Positions 1 through 10,235 are shown, counted from the stretch's first letter. The stretch: 20,790 nt of DNA from a virus (IMGVR_UViG_2695420685_000016:1-20790), one strand, 5' to 3'. The notes: generated by a model not told the origin, from the sequence alone. Numbers and translations: made by a program.

Positions 1-3
1 CTA

Positions 4-329
<326 letters not shown>

Positions 330-333
<4 letters not shown>

Positions 334-779
334 TTACTTAAGACCTCATCAATAGCCTGATTCATTCGCTGTATGGCAACCTGCGCCGCCAGCTCCTCTG
401 TCGTATCGAAAGCCGGGCGAATGAATGGATGCGCGGGCATGTTTATCGTTCCCAGCTCCACAAAGCGCCAGTAAAATGCATTTCGGGGATCGCTGGCTTT
501 CATGCTGTTATCACTGTTTCCGGTTCGCAGGTTCCGTCCGCGAATGTGGACACCCGAGATAATTTCCCCCCGACGCTTTGAACGCTGAGTGAGAACAACC
601 ACATTTTTCTTCAGTTTCCCGGTTCGCTCCGGCGCACGTTCAACAACTGCATCCCGCATAACTTCAGCACCGGCACGGGTGGCATCGCGCAGAACCTTAT
701 TGTTTTCTGCCCTGCTGAGCGTCTCCAAATCCCGTGCAATATCCGCCAGGCCGGAAAAATCAAGACTGAAATCCATCAC
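330..779 (-). CDS. HK97 gp10-family head-tail joining / tail component protein
   Basis: 149 aa ORF in a tightly packed minus-strand structural operon; 4-nt overlap with neighbours; family assigned from memory of the sequence pattern. Confidence 0.5.
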
Positions 780-1114
780 ACATTCCCCTTCAGGCTGCAG
801 AGTATTTCAAGCCGGGTAGCGCGTGCATCCGGTATTGGTGGACCTTCTATACCCAGAATGGCCCCTTTAAATGCACCGGTCAGCACTTTCAGACGTGAAG
901 TCGCTGTCACATCGCGCCGGAATCTCATCCAGACTCTGACCGTAGCCTGAGCGGTTTCTGCTCCGCCTGAGATTATCTCCCTCCCGCTGATACCCTTAAC
1001 TTCTGCCCATACGGTAGCTCCCTCCGTCACCGTCCCCACCGGATGCCCTGACGGAGAGCGGGCGGTGGTGACATTCAGAATAATTACGCGATCACGTAAT
1101 CTGCCCGCCTGCAT
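776..1114 (-). CDS. Head closure / head-tail adaptor protein
   Basis: 112 aa ORF between the connector-like gene and the gp10-like gene; position and size fit the HK97-type head completion genes. Confidence 0.5.
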   Translation of the reverse strand: MQAGRLRDRVIILNVTTARSPSGHPVGTVTEGATVWAEVKGISGREIISGGAETAQATVRVWMRFRRDVTATSRLKVLTGAFKGAILGIEGPPIPDARATRLEILCSLKGNV

Positions 1115-1122
1115 CTCTCCTC

Positions 1123-1440
1123 CTACAAAGGAATAAAACGATAAGGCTCCAGCAGAGAAGAAAAACCAAACGGGACTGGTGCCTTGCTGACATCTGAGGA
1201 ATTTTCCCGGTTTTCGTGCCAGTGCCCGACCAGCAACATGAGCGCCAGCAAAACATCATCAGCTATAAGCACCCCTTCAGGATCACCTTCCGGCACCGTC
1301 TCCTCATAAAGCTTACGGTTGATAAAATTTTCTGCCTTGCGGCAGGCAGCCCGGAAATACAGCATCAGTAACTCATCATCAGTTGCATCATCTGTATCAA
1401 TACGGCACTGCGCCCTGAGTTTTTCCACTATTGCTGCCAT
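1123..1440 (-). CDS. gp6-like head-tail connector protein
   Basis: Internal ATG at 1440 with AGGAG 8 nt upstream; product MAAIVEKLRAQCRIDTDDATDDELLMLYFRAACRKAENF... matches the gp6-like connector pattern (LRID-acidic-LI...AA...E); the longer 1123..1620 ORF overlaps the capsid terminator and is unlikely. Confidence 0.65.
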   Translation of the reverse strand: MAAIVEKLRAQCRIDTDDATDDELLMLYFRAACRKAENFINRKLYEETVPEGDPEGVLIADDVLLALMLLVGHWHENRENSSDVSKAPVPFGFSSLLEPYRFIPL

Positions 1441-1473
1441 CAGAAACTCCTGCCCGCAACACTGTGCGGGCAT

Positions 1474-1497
1474 AAAAAAACCGCGTCGGCGCGGTCT
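1474..1497 (-). terminator. Rho-independent terminator after the major capsid gene
   Basis: On the minus strand: GACCGCGCCGACGCGGTTTTTTTAT, a GC stem-loop followed by a T7 run, 20 nt downstream of the capsid stop. Confidence 0.6.
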
Positions 1498-1516
1498 GTA
1501 ACTGAACAACGAGTGG

Positions 1517-2734
1517 TTATTTGCCAGTGAGCGCCTTGATGGCTGCCACATCTTCCAGCACACAGTCAAAACGATGGAAAGCCAGAAATGCCACCTGATC
1601 AAACTCAGCATAACGCTCAACCAGACGTTTCAGTTCCATATAAGTAACGCGGCGAATAATAAAGCGGTTGAAATCCCCCAGGAAAATGAATTTTTTTCCG
1701 GTACCAATCCCGTCAATAGCCTGATCAATAACATAAGGGATCCCCAGCACAGTAGCCGGCGTACCGCCTGCAATATCCGGCAGCCATAACGGGCGTTTCT
1801 GTCCATCCTCCATCTCTTCAATAGTCTGCAATGTGGCATCATTGAATGCCCAGCGGTATTTCGGCCCACCACGATATGCCGGATCAATAGCATGTTTCAG
1901 GGCATTCATTTCTTTCCAGGTGAAAGCGGCAGAGGCTGCAGTCTGGATGGTTCCCGTCACCGACGCTGCCAGCCCTTTTGGCTGTAACGGTGATCCCGTT
2001 CCGGTCCCCTGAACCAGATATTTTGCCTCTCCACGACCAATACGCTGGGCAATACGGTTTGCCAGATAAGATTCAATATCCACCCCACTGTCCTGGAGCA
2101 GCTCATTGGACACACGAATTATTTTTGATGACAGCTTTTTAGCCCCCAGAATAGCGGTCCCGAACGTCACATCCTGTTCCGTTGCGGCTGTATTCTCCGC
2201 CAGCAGTTCGCCCTCTTCAGTCGTGCCATCAGACGTTGACCAGGTGATATCCTGCCCGGTTGATGTGGTCAGAAGTTGCGCCACACTGGCAATCCCGCCA
2301 TAAGCCTTCATGGTGTCAATGATTTTGTTACGCATCTGCGTGGGCACCGTATATCCGCCCTGAGAATCCGTTGTTACACTCTGAGCCCGCAGTTCACGCA
2401 TCAGATTACGCTCTTCAGCATTCAGTTCTGCAAATCCGGCACGCAGAAAACGGTTAAATGCCGCAGCGCGCTTCTCTTCCACCGCCTTTTTCCCGTTCTC
2501 CGCCTCATTATTCTGGCGCTCTTCCGGCCCGGACTCATCCACATATGCCTGATCCTGACGGCGCAACTCTTCTTCACGGGCGATTTGCTCATCCAGCGCA
2601 TCCAGCTCAGCTTTCGCCCTGTTCCACTCTGCCCGTTGCTCATCAGTCCATGCGTTATCACCAATTTTTTCATGCAGTGCACGCATATCCTTTGCAATGG
2701 TGTTTCGTTTTTGCTTCATCTCATGAAGTTTCAT
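1517..2734 (-). CDS. Major capsid protein, HK97 family, with N-terminal coiled-coil delta/scaffold domain
   Basis: 405 aa; N-terminal about 110 aa is charged coiled coil (EELRRQDQAY..., KRAAAFNRFLRAGF); sits directly after the prohead protease and portal genes. Confidence 0.85.
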   Translation of the reverse strand: MKLHEMKQKRNTIAKDMRALHEKIGDNAWTDEQRAEWNRAKAELDALDEQIAREEELRRQDQAYVDESGPEERQNNEAENGKKAVEEKRAAAFNRFLRAGFAELNAEERNLMRELRAQSVTTDSQGGYTVPTQMRNKIIDTMKAYGGIASVAQLLTTSTGQDITWSTSDGTTEEGELLAENTAATEQDVTFGTAILGAKKLSSKIIRVSNELLQDSGVDIESYLANRIAQRIGRGEAKYLVQGTGTGSPLQPKGLAASVTGTIQTAASAAFTWKEMNALKHAIDPAYRGGPKYRWAFNDATLQTIEEMEDGQKRPLWLPDIAGGTPATVLGIPYVIDQAIDGIGTGKKFIFLGDFNRFIIRRVTYMELKRLVERYAEFDQVAFLAFHRFDCVLEDVAAIKALTGK

Positions 2735-2748
2735 CGTCAGTAGTATCC

Positions 2749-3348
2749 TTATGCATTAAGAAGGGTCAAAAGACGCTCACGCGCCATTCGTTCGTTAACA
2801 GCTTTCTTCAGCGCACCACTCGCCCGCGCTTCCTGCCAGGCTTTCATTGAGCGGACACCAGAGTCTGCGTCCTGATAGGCCGGATATGTCACCGGGCTGA
2901 CGTCATACAGACGAGAAATGCGCGTGATTTCCCGGATAACAATCCCCTCGTCGTCTTCATACCAGCTCTCTCCGTCACGGGCGACACGAAACGCGAACGA
3001 GGACTGATTAATGTCACCACGCAACATTGGAGACAGCACCAGGTCACAAATAGTCGGAGTATCCGGTGCAACAATGTCATAACGTAAACCGCGTTCATCC
3101 ACCGACAATGACAACGTGCCGGCAGAACTTCGTCCGAGAATGAAATTAGGATCATGATTAAACAAGCCACGTACATCATCATTCAGTACATCATCAAAAG
3201 CCCCCGGCTTGATGATTTCACGAAATCCCCACAGAGGTTCTGAACGACTGTTAAATACCGAGCCATACCCCAGAATGTGGGTCGGGGCATTATCATATTG
3301 TTCCGCCCGCACCTCCCCGCTGTAACAGCGCGTTTCACGGTCATTCAT
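2749..3348 (-). CDS. Prohead maturation protease (HK97 family)
   Basis: 199 aa ORF between portal and capsid; its start overlaps the portal stop (ATGAATGA), the classic portal-protease-capsid order. Confidence 0.8.
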   Translation of the reverse strand: MNDRETRCYSGEVRAEQYDNAPTHILGYGSVFNSRSEPLWGFREIIKPGAFDDVLNDDVRGLFNHDPNFILGRSSAGTLSLSVDERGLRYDIVAPDTPTICDLVLSPMLRGDINQSSFAFRVARDGESWYEDDEGIVIREITRISRLYDVSPVTYPAYQDADSGVRSMKAWQEARASGALKKAVNERMARERLLTLLNA

Positions 3349-4567
3349 CGTTCTTTTCCTCTTTGCCTTTCGTATCTTTAAAGTTATTCAACGGATTTGC
3401 TGCATTTACGCTGACCAGCATTTCATCCAGACCGTCAACCGGGTTCATATCCTCAAATGCCCTGGCTTCATTCCGACTCATCCAGCCATCTGTAATGGCA
3501 AAGTGATAGAACTGCGCACGCTCCTGTGGGGTCCCACGGAGCAACCCCGTGAGGTTGAAACGAACGTAATACCCGGCAGCCCGTTCTGTACGGGTAAACA
3601 GGCGACGGTTAAGCTCCTGCTCCCAGTTCGCAACCCAGGGCATCATCGTGTAGCGAACAAACTGAATCGCCTGCTGCGTAATATTCGAAAATGTGGCTTT
3701 TTCCAGGTCATTAATCATGTGCGCCGGGACATTAAAAATCCCGGCAATCATCGACCGGTTCAGCTTGGTCATATCAATGATCTGAGCATCCACCGGAGAA
3801 ACTGTCAGAGCGCGGTAATCCAGTTGCGCAGGCAGCAACATGGTTTTATTTTCCTGGCTGCGAAGCGCTGTCACCGCCCGCTGCCACATATTTTTAAGCC
3901 TGCCCCAGCTTTGTTCGTTCAGTTCATTTTTCACAGAAATAATACCGGCAGGACGGGCATTACCGTTAAAAAAGGCGCTGGTATACTGCTGGCCACTCAT
4001 TCCCATACCAATGGTTTCAGCATGCTGCATGATCGGGCTCAGTCCCATTTTCTGATTGTTTCCCAGCGCCCTGATATGGATCATGTCGTCCGGACTTACC
4101 GCAAATGCACCCTCTTCGTTATACACCCCGTAAGTATGACGCCCACCGGTGTTAAGTAACGTAGTTTCCCATGGCATACAGCATTCAAGGCTGGTAACCT
4201 CTCCACGACGATTACGTTTTACCCACGTATAACCATTGCCCCACCCCAGCACATGACGCTGCTTCAGTTCCCGCCACTTATAGCTGGTCTGCCAGGCATT
4301 CGGTTCATCATGAACGAGCCAGAACAACGGATGATCGCGTGCAGGCTGAACATGCTCATTCGTTTTTCGCATCACATGCAGGGGCATCTGAGCCACACTG
4401 GATGAAATAACATAAATACAGGCATAGACAGCAGCCAGCTTCATGGATGTTTCCGGACTGACATACACATCCCGGGCAAAAATATTATCCGTCTCAGCGG
4501 CCTCTCCGGTTACCGGAACCGAGGGATTTTCCAGAGGCTCACTGCGAAACAGAGCATCAAGAAGCAT
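3341..4567 (-). CDS. Portal protein (HK97 family)
   Basis: 408 aa ORF immediately downstream of the large terminase; size and position typical of portal proteins. Confidence 0.85.
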   Translation of the reverse strand: MLLDALFRSEPLENPSVPVTGEAAETDNIFARDVYVSPETSMKLAAVYACIYVISSSVAQMPLHVMRKTNEHVQPARDHPLFWLVHDEPNAWQTSYKWRELKQRHVLGWGNGYTWVKRNRRGEVTSLECCMPWETTLLNTGGRHTYGVYNEEGAFAVSPDDMIHIRALGNNQKMGLSPIMQHAETIGMGMSGQQYTSAFFNGNARPAGIISVKNELNEQSWGRLKNMWQRAVTALRSQENKTMLLPAQLDYRALTVSPVDAQIIDMTKLNRSMIAGIFNVPAHMINDLEKATFSNITQQAIQFVRYTMMPWVANWEQELNRRLFTRTERAAGYYVRFNLTGLLRGTPQERAQFYHFAITDGWMSRNEARAFEDMNPVDGLDEMLVSVNAANPLNNFKDTKGKEEKNDE

Positions 4568-4697
4568 GTTTTCTCCTCATGGACACCACCAGTGCATAAA
4601 GCAGCAACAAACAGCCCGACAGCATCAGAGACGCTGGCAGACCTGCATACAGATAAACGCCAGCAGTGAGCAAACCGAAACCGATCAGCCCGGTCAT
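4557..4697 (-). CDS. Small hydrophobic protein (46 aa) between large terminase and portal
   Basis: Hand-translated: MTGLIGFGLLTAGVYLYAGLPASLMLSGCLLLLYALVVSMRRKHAS; stop overlaps the portal start; below the ORF-track size cutoff. Confidence 0.3.
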   Translation of the reverse strand: MTGLIGFGLLTAGVYLYAGLPASLMLSGCLLLLYALVVSMRRKHAS

Positions 4698-4714
4698 ATC
4701 AGTAATAAGCTGTT

Positions 4715-6472
4715 TCACAGAATTAACAGGTCCTCATCAGGATCAAGCGTGGACAGAAAGTCATTCACGCCCCCGCCATTTACCAGAAAGCGGCTCATGG
4801 CCGTAAAAAGTGCAACAGGGCCGTCGATTTTGGCTTCAGGCGTGGATTTATTCGGGAAGATGTTGTCGTTTTTGTCCGGTTTTACCGTAACGTTAGACAT
4901 CATCCAGTTCATGACCGGATGATTGCTGTGATGGAAACGCCCGGCATAAACCAGTGATTCCGTTTCCTTCATGGCCTCTGACAGATTGCGGACCGTCTGC
5001 GGAACCTCCACCAGCGGTATCCCTTCTTCAGCCAGTGCCAGGCTGAACTGCATTGCGCTCCACGGGTCAAATCCCAGTTCCCTGAGGTTTTCACCGCCAA
5101 TCCATTCCAGTAAGTCACTTTTTATCTGAGCATGATCGATAACATCACCATCCGTCAGGATGAGCTTATCCATCTCCGCCCACTTCCGGTAAAGTTCTGC
5201 CTGCTGCCGCGAGCATCGCTCCAGCCGTCCTTCCGGAAGCCAGAATTTAAAATCAGCATGAACATGTCCGTTATCGGTTCGCCAGAGTTTTGCCGCCGCA
5301 CAGATATCAATCTTATGAGCAAGGTCTACGCCGACCCACATGGGATATGTTTTCAGCTCATGTTGTGGAGCAATGTATTCGCACTTCTCCCACTTAATCA
5401 TATCCATCCAGGCAGATTCGGCAGTGACCCACACATTCATGTGTTTGGTAAAAAAATTCACCCGCGCAGAGACCTGCTCCTTCGCTTTTTTCGCCAGACG
5501 ACGCAGATCATCCCAGCGTTTACAGATGCCCAGGCCAGGATTCGCTTTCTGCCAGACCGTTTCATCAAACGGATCATCTCCCTCATCGAGCGTGTAAATG
5601 ATCGCAAAGTAGGAGTCGTCTTTTACCGCGCCCTCCACGTCGCTGTTATAGCCTCGCAATACCTTAATGGCGTAATCGCGCTGCTCGTAGCAAATCCCTT
5701 CCTTGTTAAAGCCAGCCGTGGTGATGCCAAATAACAGAGACTGCAGACGGGCACCGGTTGCCGTTTCCAGAACGTCCCACACGTCACGGGTTTTATGAGC
5801 ATGCAGCTCATCAATAATGGCGCAGTGGATGTTCAGACCGTCCAGGTTGTTTGCATCCGAGGAAAGCGGTTCAAATTTTGATGCGCTCTGCTCCTGGTAA
5901 ATCGCCAGCTTGTTGAAGTCAAACAACCGCCCGAGTGTCGACCGGGCTTTTCTGACCATATTTTTGGCGTCTTCAAACACGATTCTGGCCTGATCACGCG
6001 TGGTTGCGGCTGAATACACCTCAGCACCACCTTCACCATCTGCCCCCGTCATATACAGACCGATACCCGATGACAGGGTTGATTTTGCGTTTTTACGGGC
6101 GACTTCGTTGTACGCCGTCCGGAACCGGCGCACCATCACCGGGCGTCCGCTGCCATCGCTGCGCATGACAACTTCCCCGGTCTCTTCATTCACCAGCGGA
6201 ATGACAAAACCAAAAATATTAATGAGGATAAATACATGCCAGTCCATCAGTTCAATGGGCTGGCCTGCCAGCGCCCCTTTCACATGGGGCACAAATTTGT
6301 AGAAATTAAGGATGTGCTGCGCACGGGGTTCACTAAAATAAATCCCCCGCTCTTCGCCGTACTTCAGATCATCAAGAAAACGCTGGCAGGCCAGACGGAC
6401 AAATTCGCCAGCGACAATTTCTCCTGCAACAACACGTTCGGCGTAGCGGATCCCGTCAGCCACTTTTGCCAT
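4715..6472 (-). CDS. Terminase large subunit
   Basis: 585 aa ORF; start overlaps the TerS stop; size and position between TerS and portal. Confidence 0.9.
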   Translation of the reverse strand: MAKVADGIRYAERVVAGEIVAGEFVRLACQRFLDDLKYGEERGIYFSEPRAQHILNFYKFVPHVKGALAGQPIELMDWHVFILINIFGFVIPLVNEETGEVVMRSDGSGRPVMVRRFRTAYNEVARKNAKSTLSSGIGLYMTGADGEGGAEVYSAATTRDQARIVFEDAKNMVRKARSTLGRLFDFNKLAIYQEQSASKFEPLSSDANNLDGLNIHCAIIDELHAHKTRDVWDVLETATGARLQSLLFGITTAGFNKEGICYEQRDYAIKVLRGYNSDVEGAVKDDSYFAIIYTLDEGDDPFDETVWQKANPGLGICKRWDDLRRLAKKAKEQVSARVNFFTKHMNVWVTAESAWMDMIKWEKCEYIAPQHELKTYPMWVGVDLAHKIDICAAAKLWRTDNGHVHADFKFWLPEGRLERCSRQQAELYRKWAEMDKLILTDGDVIDHAQIKSDLLEWIGGENLRELGFDPWSAMQFSLALAEEGIPLVEVPQTVRNLSEAMKETESLVYAGRFHHSNHPVMNWMMSNVTVKPDKNDNIFPNKSTPEAKIDGPVALFTAMSRFLVNGGGVNDFLSTLDPDEDLLIL

Positions 6473-6954
6473 CAGTCTCTCGCTTTTAAAAGCTCCGCCA
6501 GCGGATCAACATCATCCGGTCCGGCGGTATTTACTTTCGCCCGGCTTGCCGGTGACATACCAAATTCTGCAAGCATCGCCCGGATCCGCTTCCAGGCATC
6601 CGCTTTCATCGCAGCAGCCGGGTGTGCCTTAATCAGCACATCACCGTTCTGCGTTTCCGTGCGGTAGGTATACCCCTCAACATCGAGTGTTTCGCAGTGA
6701 TGCCGGTATTCGGTGTAGGCTTCCACCAGTAACTCGAGTGCACGCGCATCAAGCTGAGAAATGATCCCTTCCGCATTCAGTTCTTCCGCCATTCGCCTGA
6801 ACCAGTACTTCCCCTGCGACCCTAAATGTTGCGGAATTTTAGGGAGACATTTTTCATCCTTTTTAGCGGTTTTTTTTGGGTCTTTAACGGGGCGCTTTGA
6901 GGGGTTGCCTCGTATCAAATGCAGGCGTGGCGGGGTTTTCAGGGGTCCTGACAT
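6472..6954 (-). CDS. Terminase small subunit (P27/HK97-like)
   Basis: 160 aa basic N-terminus (KRPVKDPKKTAKKDEK), translationally coupled to TerL; follows an HNH gene as in HK97-like phages. Confidence 0.75.
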   Translation of the reverse strand: MSGPLKTPPRLHLIRGNPSKRPVKDPKKTAKKDEKCLPKIPQHLGSQGKYWFRRMAEELNAEGIISQLDARALELLVEAYTEYRHHCETLDVEGYTYRTETQNGDVLIKAHPAAAMKADAWKRIRAMLAEFGMSPASRAKVNTAGPDDVDPLAELLKARD

Positions 6955-7101
6955 AATCGGTTTTACCTATCAATCATTTAATCACATTCCAAAAAAAAGT
7001 TTTCGAACCTGCGGCGATGCGAGGAAAGGTCAGGCGGCGGTACTGAGCAGCCAGGGTTGCAGAGATTTGACCTGCCCCTCCCCTACAGATGGGAACTGTT
7101 A

Positions 7102-7551
7102 TCAATTGATGCGTTCGCGCGCTGTTTTTGCTTTATGACAGGGCCAGCACAGACTCTGCAGGTTACTGTCTGCATCCGTGCCACCATGAGCTTTCGGAAT
7201 GATGTGGTCCACAGTTCTGGCTTCAACGGCTCTCCCATTGCGCAGGCAGTTCTGACACAGATGATTATCACGCTTCAGTATGCGCGCACGTATGGCATCC
7301 CATTTCGAGCCATAGCCACGCTGGTGGCGGCTCAGTCCGCGTTGATGCTGTACCCATCCTTCGCCACGATGTTTATCGCAGTAACCAGAACTGTCTGTGG
7401 TTGTACCTGCACATCCACGCTTACGGCAGGCGCGTGGGATTCGTGGGGGCATATGTACTCCAATGAAGAAGCCACCGACATAGCCTCCTCCATTCATAGT
7501 GAAACTATTTTCATCTACCCAGTAATGAATTCTTTGTAGAGTTGTGATCAA
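7102..7551 (-). CDS. HNH homing-type endonuclease (terminase-associated)
   Basis: C-terminal motif CQNCLRNGRAVEARTVDHIIPKAHGGTDADSNLQSLCWPCHKAKT (HNH with Zn-binding cysteines); true start may be internal (MPPRIPR..., about 7452). Confidence 0.8.
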   Translation of the reverse strand: MITTLQRIHYWVDENSFTMNGGGYVGGFFIGVHMPPRIPRACRKRGCAGTTTDSSGYCDKHRGEGWVQHQRGLSRHQRGYGSKWDAIRARILKRDNHLCQNCLRNGRAVEARTVDHIIPKAHGGTDADSNLQSLCWPCHKAKTARERIN

Positions 7552-7674
7552 TACAACTCACTAATGGAGAGGCTTGTCCAACACGTTGGACAAGTTTCCT
7601 GTTTGATTTACTGGACACTATAGAAGGACAGAATGCCTTCATCACTCGAATAACATCAATTAAGGAGGTTCAAC

Positions 7675-7797
7675 ATGTTTCATTCCACAAATCATCAGGC
7701 TGTAATTATGGCTGCATCAGCTTGTGCCACAGACCTTTTCCGCTTCACTTTGAGCCTGATTCATTTCTACCTGACCGGCTCGCCTCTATCTTTTTAA
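7675..7797 (+). CDS. Small ORF (40 aa) with a strong Shine-Dalgarno sequence
   Basis: TAAGGAGGT 7 nt upstream of the ATG at 7675; product MFHSTNHQAVIMAASACATDLFRFTLSLIHFYLTGSPLSF; function unknown. Confidence 0.25.
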   Translation: MFHSTNHQAVIMAASACATDLFRFTLSLIHFYLTGSPLSF

Positions 7798-7977
7798 TCC
7801 CCGCTTTATCCAAATTGCATTGCCAGAATGCCGACAACAGACTGACATTCAAATCCTGACTACCTCCGATAGGCTGAGCATCCACCTATATAGTTTTAAT
7901 TTTCATCAATCCATTTAACTATCGTTTAATTGTTGTCACATAGGATTCTGCCGTTTTTAACAATGCAGGATAATAAG

Positions 7978-8271
7978 ATGAAAAAAATGTTGTTTTCTGC
8001 CGCTCTGGCAATGCTTATTACAGGATGTGCTCAACAGACGTTTACTGTTGGAAACAAACCGACAGCAGTAACACCAAAGGAAACCATCACCCATCATTTC
8101 TTCGTTTCGGGAATTGGACAGGAGAAAACTGTTGATGCAGCCAAAATTTGTGGCGGCGCAGAAAATGTTGTTAAAACAGAAACCCAGCAAACATTCGTAA
8201 ATGGATTTCTCGGTTTTATTACTTTAGGCATTTATACTCCACTGGAAGCGCGTGTGTATTGCTCACAATAA
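7978..8271 (+). CDS. bor: Bor lipoprotein (serum-resistance outer-membrane lipoprotein)
   Basis: Product MKKMLFSAALAMLITGC... has a lipobox (LITGC) and is near-identical to lambda Bor as I recall it; opposite strand to Rz as in lambda; AGGA RBS upstream. Confidence 0.85.
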   Translation: MKKMLFSAALAMLITGCAQQTFTVGNKPTAVTPKETITHHFFVSGIGQEKTVDAAKICGGAENVVKTETQQTFVNGFLGFITLGIYTPLEARVYCSQ

Positions 8272-8302
8272 TTGCATGAGTTGCCCATCGATATGGGCAG
8301 CT

Positions 8303-8779
8303 CTATCTGCACTGCTCATTAATATACTTCTGGGTTCCTTCCAGTTGTTTTTGCATAGTGATCAGCCTCTCTCTGAGGGTGAAATAATCCCGTTCAGCGG
8401 TGTCTGCCAGTCGGGGGCTGGTTGCATTATCCACGCCGGAGGCGGTGGTGGCTTCACGCACTGACTGACAGACTGCTTTGATGTGCAACCGACGACGACC
8501 AGCGGCAACATCAGCGCGCAGAGTTTCATTTTCAGCTTTCGCATTGGCTAATTCTCTCGAGTACTTTGCATCGAGTGCAGCAACATCACGCTGACGCTGC
8601 TGCATGTCAGCGATGGTGGCGATCGACTGCTTCAGCTCACTGACTTTTTTATCACGCTGTTCTTTGTAGGCGATGGCGTTATCACGGTAATGATTGACCG
8701 CCCACGACAGGCAGACGATGATGCAGATAACCAAAGCATAAATAATCGCGGCGACTCTGCTCACTGCTCTATCCCCCAA
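8303..8779 (-). CDS. Rz: Rz inner-membrane spanin
   Basis: C-terminal half matches lambda Rz from memory ([25 protein letters not shown]...QKYINEQCR); N-terminal TM segment; start may be the GTG 15 nt downstream of the listed ATG. Confidence 0.85.
   Translation of the reverse strand: MGDRAVSRVAAIIYALVICIIVCLSWAVNHYRDNAIAYKEQRDKKVSELKQSIATIADMQQRQRDVAALDAKYSRELANAKAENETLRADVAAGRRRLHIKAVCQSVREATTASGVDNATSPRLADTAERDYFTLRERLITMQKQLEGTQKYINEQCR
8362..8544 (-). CDS. Rz1: Rz1 outer-membrane lipoprotein spanin, embedded in Rz in the +1 frame
   Basis: Product [41 protein letters not shown]... has a lipobox and proline-rich region matching lambda Rz1. Confidence 0.8.
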   Translation of the reverse strand: MRKLKMKLCALMLPLVVVGCTSKQSVSQCVKPPPPPAWIMQPAPDWQTPLNGIISPSERG

Positions 8780-9294
8780 CAGGCTAATGCGCTTTCCTGG
8801 TCACGACGAATAACCTGTCCATAGCAGTTATTTGAACGTATGCGGCAATCGCGCCCACCATCTTTTATCCACCAGCGAATCGCCTCGCATGCGCCCTTAC
8901 GATCACCGGCATTCAGCCGCTTATAAAACGTCGACGGGAAACACTTACCGGGGCCAATGTTATAGGGACAGAATGACGCTATACCCGCTTTTTGTGGTTC
9001 GGTCAGTAGTACTTTAATATTGCGCTCCACCCATGCCAGCGCCTTATCACGCTCAATGGCGTTGACCTGGTCGCATTTTTCCTTCGACAGTTTCATACCG
9101 GGAAAAACGGGTTTTCCATCCACCATCGTGGCACCCCGACAGATGGTCCAGATGCCGGACCCATCGCGGTATGCCGTTGTGTGGTTACCTTCTTTTTCAT
9201 CCAGAAACTGGTCGAGAATATCAGGCGCGGGCGCACCGACGGCAATCAGTGCCAGAACGGCAGCCGACAGGCCGTATCTGATTTTTGCGTTCAT
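8761..9294 (-). CDS. R: SAR endolysin (T4-lysozyme-like muramidase, P21 R type)
   Basis: N-terminal signal-anchor-release segment ([17 protein letters not shown]) followed by a lysozyme E-D-T catalytic arrangement ([20 protein letters not shown]). Confidence 0.85.
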   Translation of the reverse strand: MNAKIRYGLSAAVLALIAVGAPAPDILDQFLDEKEGNHTTAYRDGSGIWTICRGATMVDGKPVFPGMKLSKEKCDQVNAIERDKALAWVERNIKVLLTEPQKAGIASFCPYNIGPGKCFPSTFYKRLNAGDRKGACEAIRWWIKDGGRDCRIRSNNCYGQVIRRDQESALACWGIEQ

Positions 9295-9357
9295 GGATAT
9301 TTATCAGGATTTATCGGTTTCTGCCCACGGACAGGTTTATCTGTTCCGGTCAGTGAC

Positions 9358-9708
9358 TTAAGGTTGTGATTCCGGAGGAGTCTTCAGAGAACCAGTAATT
9401 CTTCCCGGTAGCTTTCCTTTGTAGGTTATCCATACATTCTGCGCCTCTAAAATTACGGGGCGCTTTTCCGGCGACTGCTCATCCCCTTCACATAACCCGG
9501 CAGCAACATCCAGGAAGACCTGTCTGATGCTCATTCTGGCTGCTGCCTCATAAAACTCCAGCGCGGCACCTTCAACACGGTCCAGCGAGATATCCAGGTC
9601 AAAAATTTCACCGTCAAAGCGTTTTTTGTCCCGTAACGCTAAAGTTACCGTAACTTTATTCTCAAAATTGCGGATCCCTTTCACAATCAGTTCATAGTTT
9701 TGAGTCAT
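9358..9708 (-). CDS. Hypothetical protein (116 aa) inserted between holin and endolysin
   Basis: ATG at 9708 with GGGGAGAG RBS, 5 nt after the holin stop; no motif I recognise; a gene in the same position (ydfR) exists in the E. coli Qin prophage as far as I recall. Confidence 0.45.
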   Translation of the reverse strand: MTQNYELIVKGIRNFENKVTVTLALRDKKRFDGEIFDLDISLDRVEGAALEFYEAAARMSIRQVFLDVAAGLCEGDEQSPEKRPVILEAQNVWITYKGKLPGRITGSLKTPPESQP

Positions 9709-9712
9709 TGAA

Positions 9713-9928
9713 TTACTCTCCCCGTGCCGCCTTACGACGGTCCTCTCTGATTTTGAAATACAGGTTAGTCAGATATGTCAGCAGCCCAAACAGCAGACTC
9801 CCCAGCACGCCTATTGCCGCCCACTGAGACGGGGAAACCCTGTCCAGCAACTGCAGGAACCAGTAGCCCGTTCCCACCGCTGACGTGGTGTATGACACAC
9901 CTGTTGTGATTTTTTCCATCTGGTCCAT
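9713..9928 (-). CDS. S: Pinholin (S21-type class II holin) with dual-start motif
   Basis: Product [71 protein letters not shown] closely matches phage 21 S as I remember it; Met1 and Met4 give an antiholin/holin dual start; paired with a SAR endolysin. Confidence 0.8.
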   Translation of the reverse strand: MDQMEKITTGVSYTTSAVGTGYWFLQLLDRVSPSQWAAIGVLGSLLFGLLTYLTNLYFKIREDRRKAARGE

Positions 9929-10235
9929 ACCCCGTCTCCCGTTATCCGGAAGCTGACAACAATAAAAAAGCCACCAGTTAACTACTGATGGCTCTGATAA
10001 CTCATGCAAGCGTCTCAGACGACCCACTGACACTACCGGTGAGTTTAACGATACCTTCCATTTGACTGGCTCACTTTTTATGATGATGCCGGTGCATTTA
10101 TCTCCAGCACCAGACTTTCTATCTCAACGCCATACGTTGCATTTTTGGTAATATCCGTCAGCGTCAGTACATTTAGTCCCACTGCCAGACTGTCTTTTAT
10201 GGCCTGGAATGCCGGGCCAGTACGATGACGTAGTA

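Noticed and set aside
3503-4159. 218 aa plus-strand ORF, and similar long ORFs antisense to structural genes (5132..5734, 2276..2743, 2458..2850, 6236..6667, 13677..14140)
   Set aside because: They lie entirely within and antisense to strongly supported minus-strand genes (portal, terminase, capsid, DUF968), have junk-like Arg/Ser/His-rich compositions and no RBS; treated as shadow ORFs.
8832-9369. Plus-strand ORFs 8832..9017, 9020..9361 and 9181..9369
   Set aside because: Antisense to the endolysin gene, with no RBS and Arg/Ser-rich translations.
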